NCBI GenBank assembly: GCA_963722655.1
Contig: CAVRNT010000001.1
Coordinates: forward strand, 244,994-308,993
DNA length: 64,000 bases
From: an uncultured bacterium
GTDB taxonomy: Bacteria; Patescibacteriota; Minisyncoccia; UBA6257; GWB1-50-10
Reading direction: 5' to 3'
Part shown: one piece after another, positions 63,443-64,000 of the stretch
Position numbering within the stretch: position 1 is the stretch's first letter
How the letters are laid out: every line of letters starts with the position of its first letter
Position numbers and translations under genes: made by a program
Notes under the pieces: model-generated
What the model was told of the DNA's origin: nothing
Databases searched by the model: none
What the model saw: the letters and a program-made list of their open reading frames with translations, nothing else

Positions 63443-64000
63443 GATGCCCAACGGTCAGCGGATCAGAAATCTCTATAATCCCGATTCGGACGAGCCCTAC
63501 AAGGTGAGTCGTTCCAAGATCGAGTTCTTCACGGAGTGTCCGCGGTGCTTTTATTTGGACCTGCGATTGGGCGTCGGGCGCCCCTCGCTACCCGGTTTCG
63601 CCTTGAACAGCGCCGTGGACGCGCTTCTCAAGAGAGAGTTCGACATCCACCGGGCGGAAGGGACGACCCATCCGCTGATGAAGGCCTACGGCATCGACGC
63701 GGTACCTCTCGCGCATGATTCGATAAGCGAGTGGCGCAACAACTTCAAGGGCATCCAGTTCTACCACGCGCCGACCGGCTTCGTTGTCTTCGGCGCGGTG
63801 GACGACATCTGGGTGAACCCGAAGGGCGAGGTCATCGTCGTGGATTACAAGGCGACGAGCACTTCGGCGACGCTCACCTTGGAGACCGAATACCGCCAGG
63901 CCTACAAGCGTCAGCTCGAGATCTACCAGTGGCTTTTGCAACAGAACGGCTTCAAAGTGGCGAAGACCGCCTACATCGTCTACGCGAACGGCGACAAAGA
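63443..64000 (+). CDS. PD-(D/E)XK nuclease family protein (Cas4/RecB-like fold), 3' partial
   Basis: CPRCFYL Cys motif, D...VVDYKAT (D-x-K) nuclease core; continues past the window end. Confidence 0.55.

Noticed and set aside
1-64000. CRISPR arrays, rRNA genes, IS elements with terminal inverted repeats
   Set aside because: No spacer-repeat periodicity, rRNA-like conserved stretches or transposase ORFs were found. The only repeats are the 70-bp tandem duplication and the 23-bp inverted repeat.

Overview
This is a high-GC (about 60%) bacterial chromosomal segment, densely packed, mostly plus-strand, and dominated by housekeeping operons. The gene content (streamlined layout, many DUF proteins, five tRNA synthetases in 64 kb) would fit a small-genome, Patescibacteria/CPR-like organism, but that assignment is tentative.

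The conserved housekeeping content is:
- rpsU-yqeY-ybeY-ftsA-ftsZ-nrdJ at the left end
- two convergent tRNAs, Lys(TTT) and Asn(GTT)
- mreB, holB-like, frr, rseP, ddl and proS
- a second mreB with mreC, mreD and mrdA (PBP2), followed by greA, lysS and serS
- a glycosyltransferase, a pilin, hisS and a UDG
- uvrD, a glutaredoxin and a macAB-like efflux set
- an acylphosphatase and a DUF488-peroxiredoxin fusion

The standout feature is an AT-rich island of about 12 kb (roughly 8035..20190) inserted at the 3' end of tRNA-Asn. It carries:
- a large serine recombinase whose stop codon overlaps the tRNA
- a protein with Rep_trans-like motifs (rolling-circle initiator / MobT-type relaxase), preceded by a perfect 70-bp tandem duplication
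- a 70-aa protein and a 635-aa protein with no recognisable domains
- a complete Type III R-M pair (mod-res) behind a highly structured leader
- a Panacea/DUF4065 (SocA/GepA-like) antitoxin gene followed by a 135-aa candidate toxin
- two tandem small transmembrane proteins
- an HExxH protein

I read this as an integrative (possibly mobilizable) defence island whose uncharacterised genes are the best candidates for novel function.

Other points worth noting are a perfect 23-bp inverted repeat after the FKBP gene, several locally low-GC genes, and a possible small RNA bounded by two terminators. No CRISPR array or rRNA was seen.
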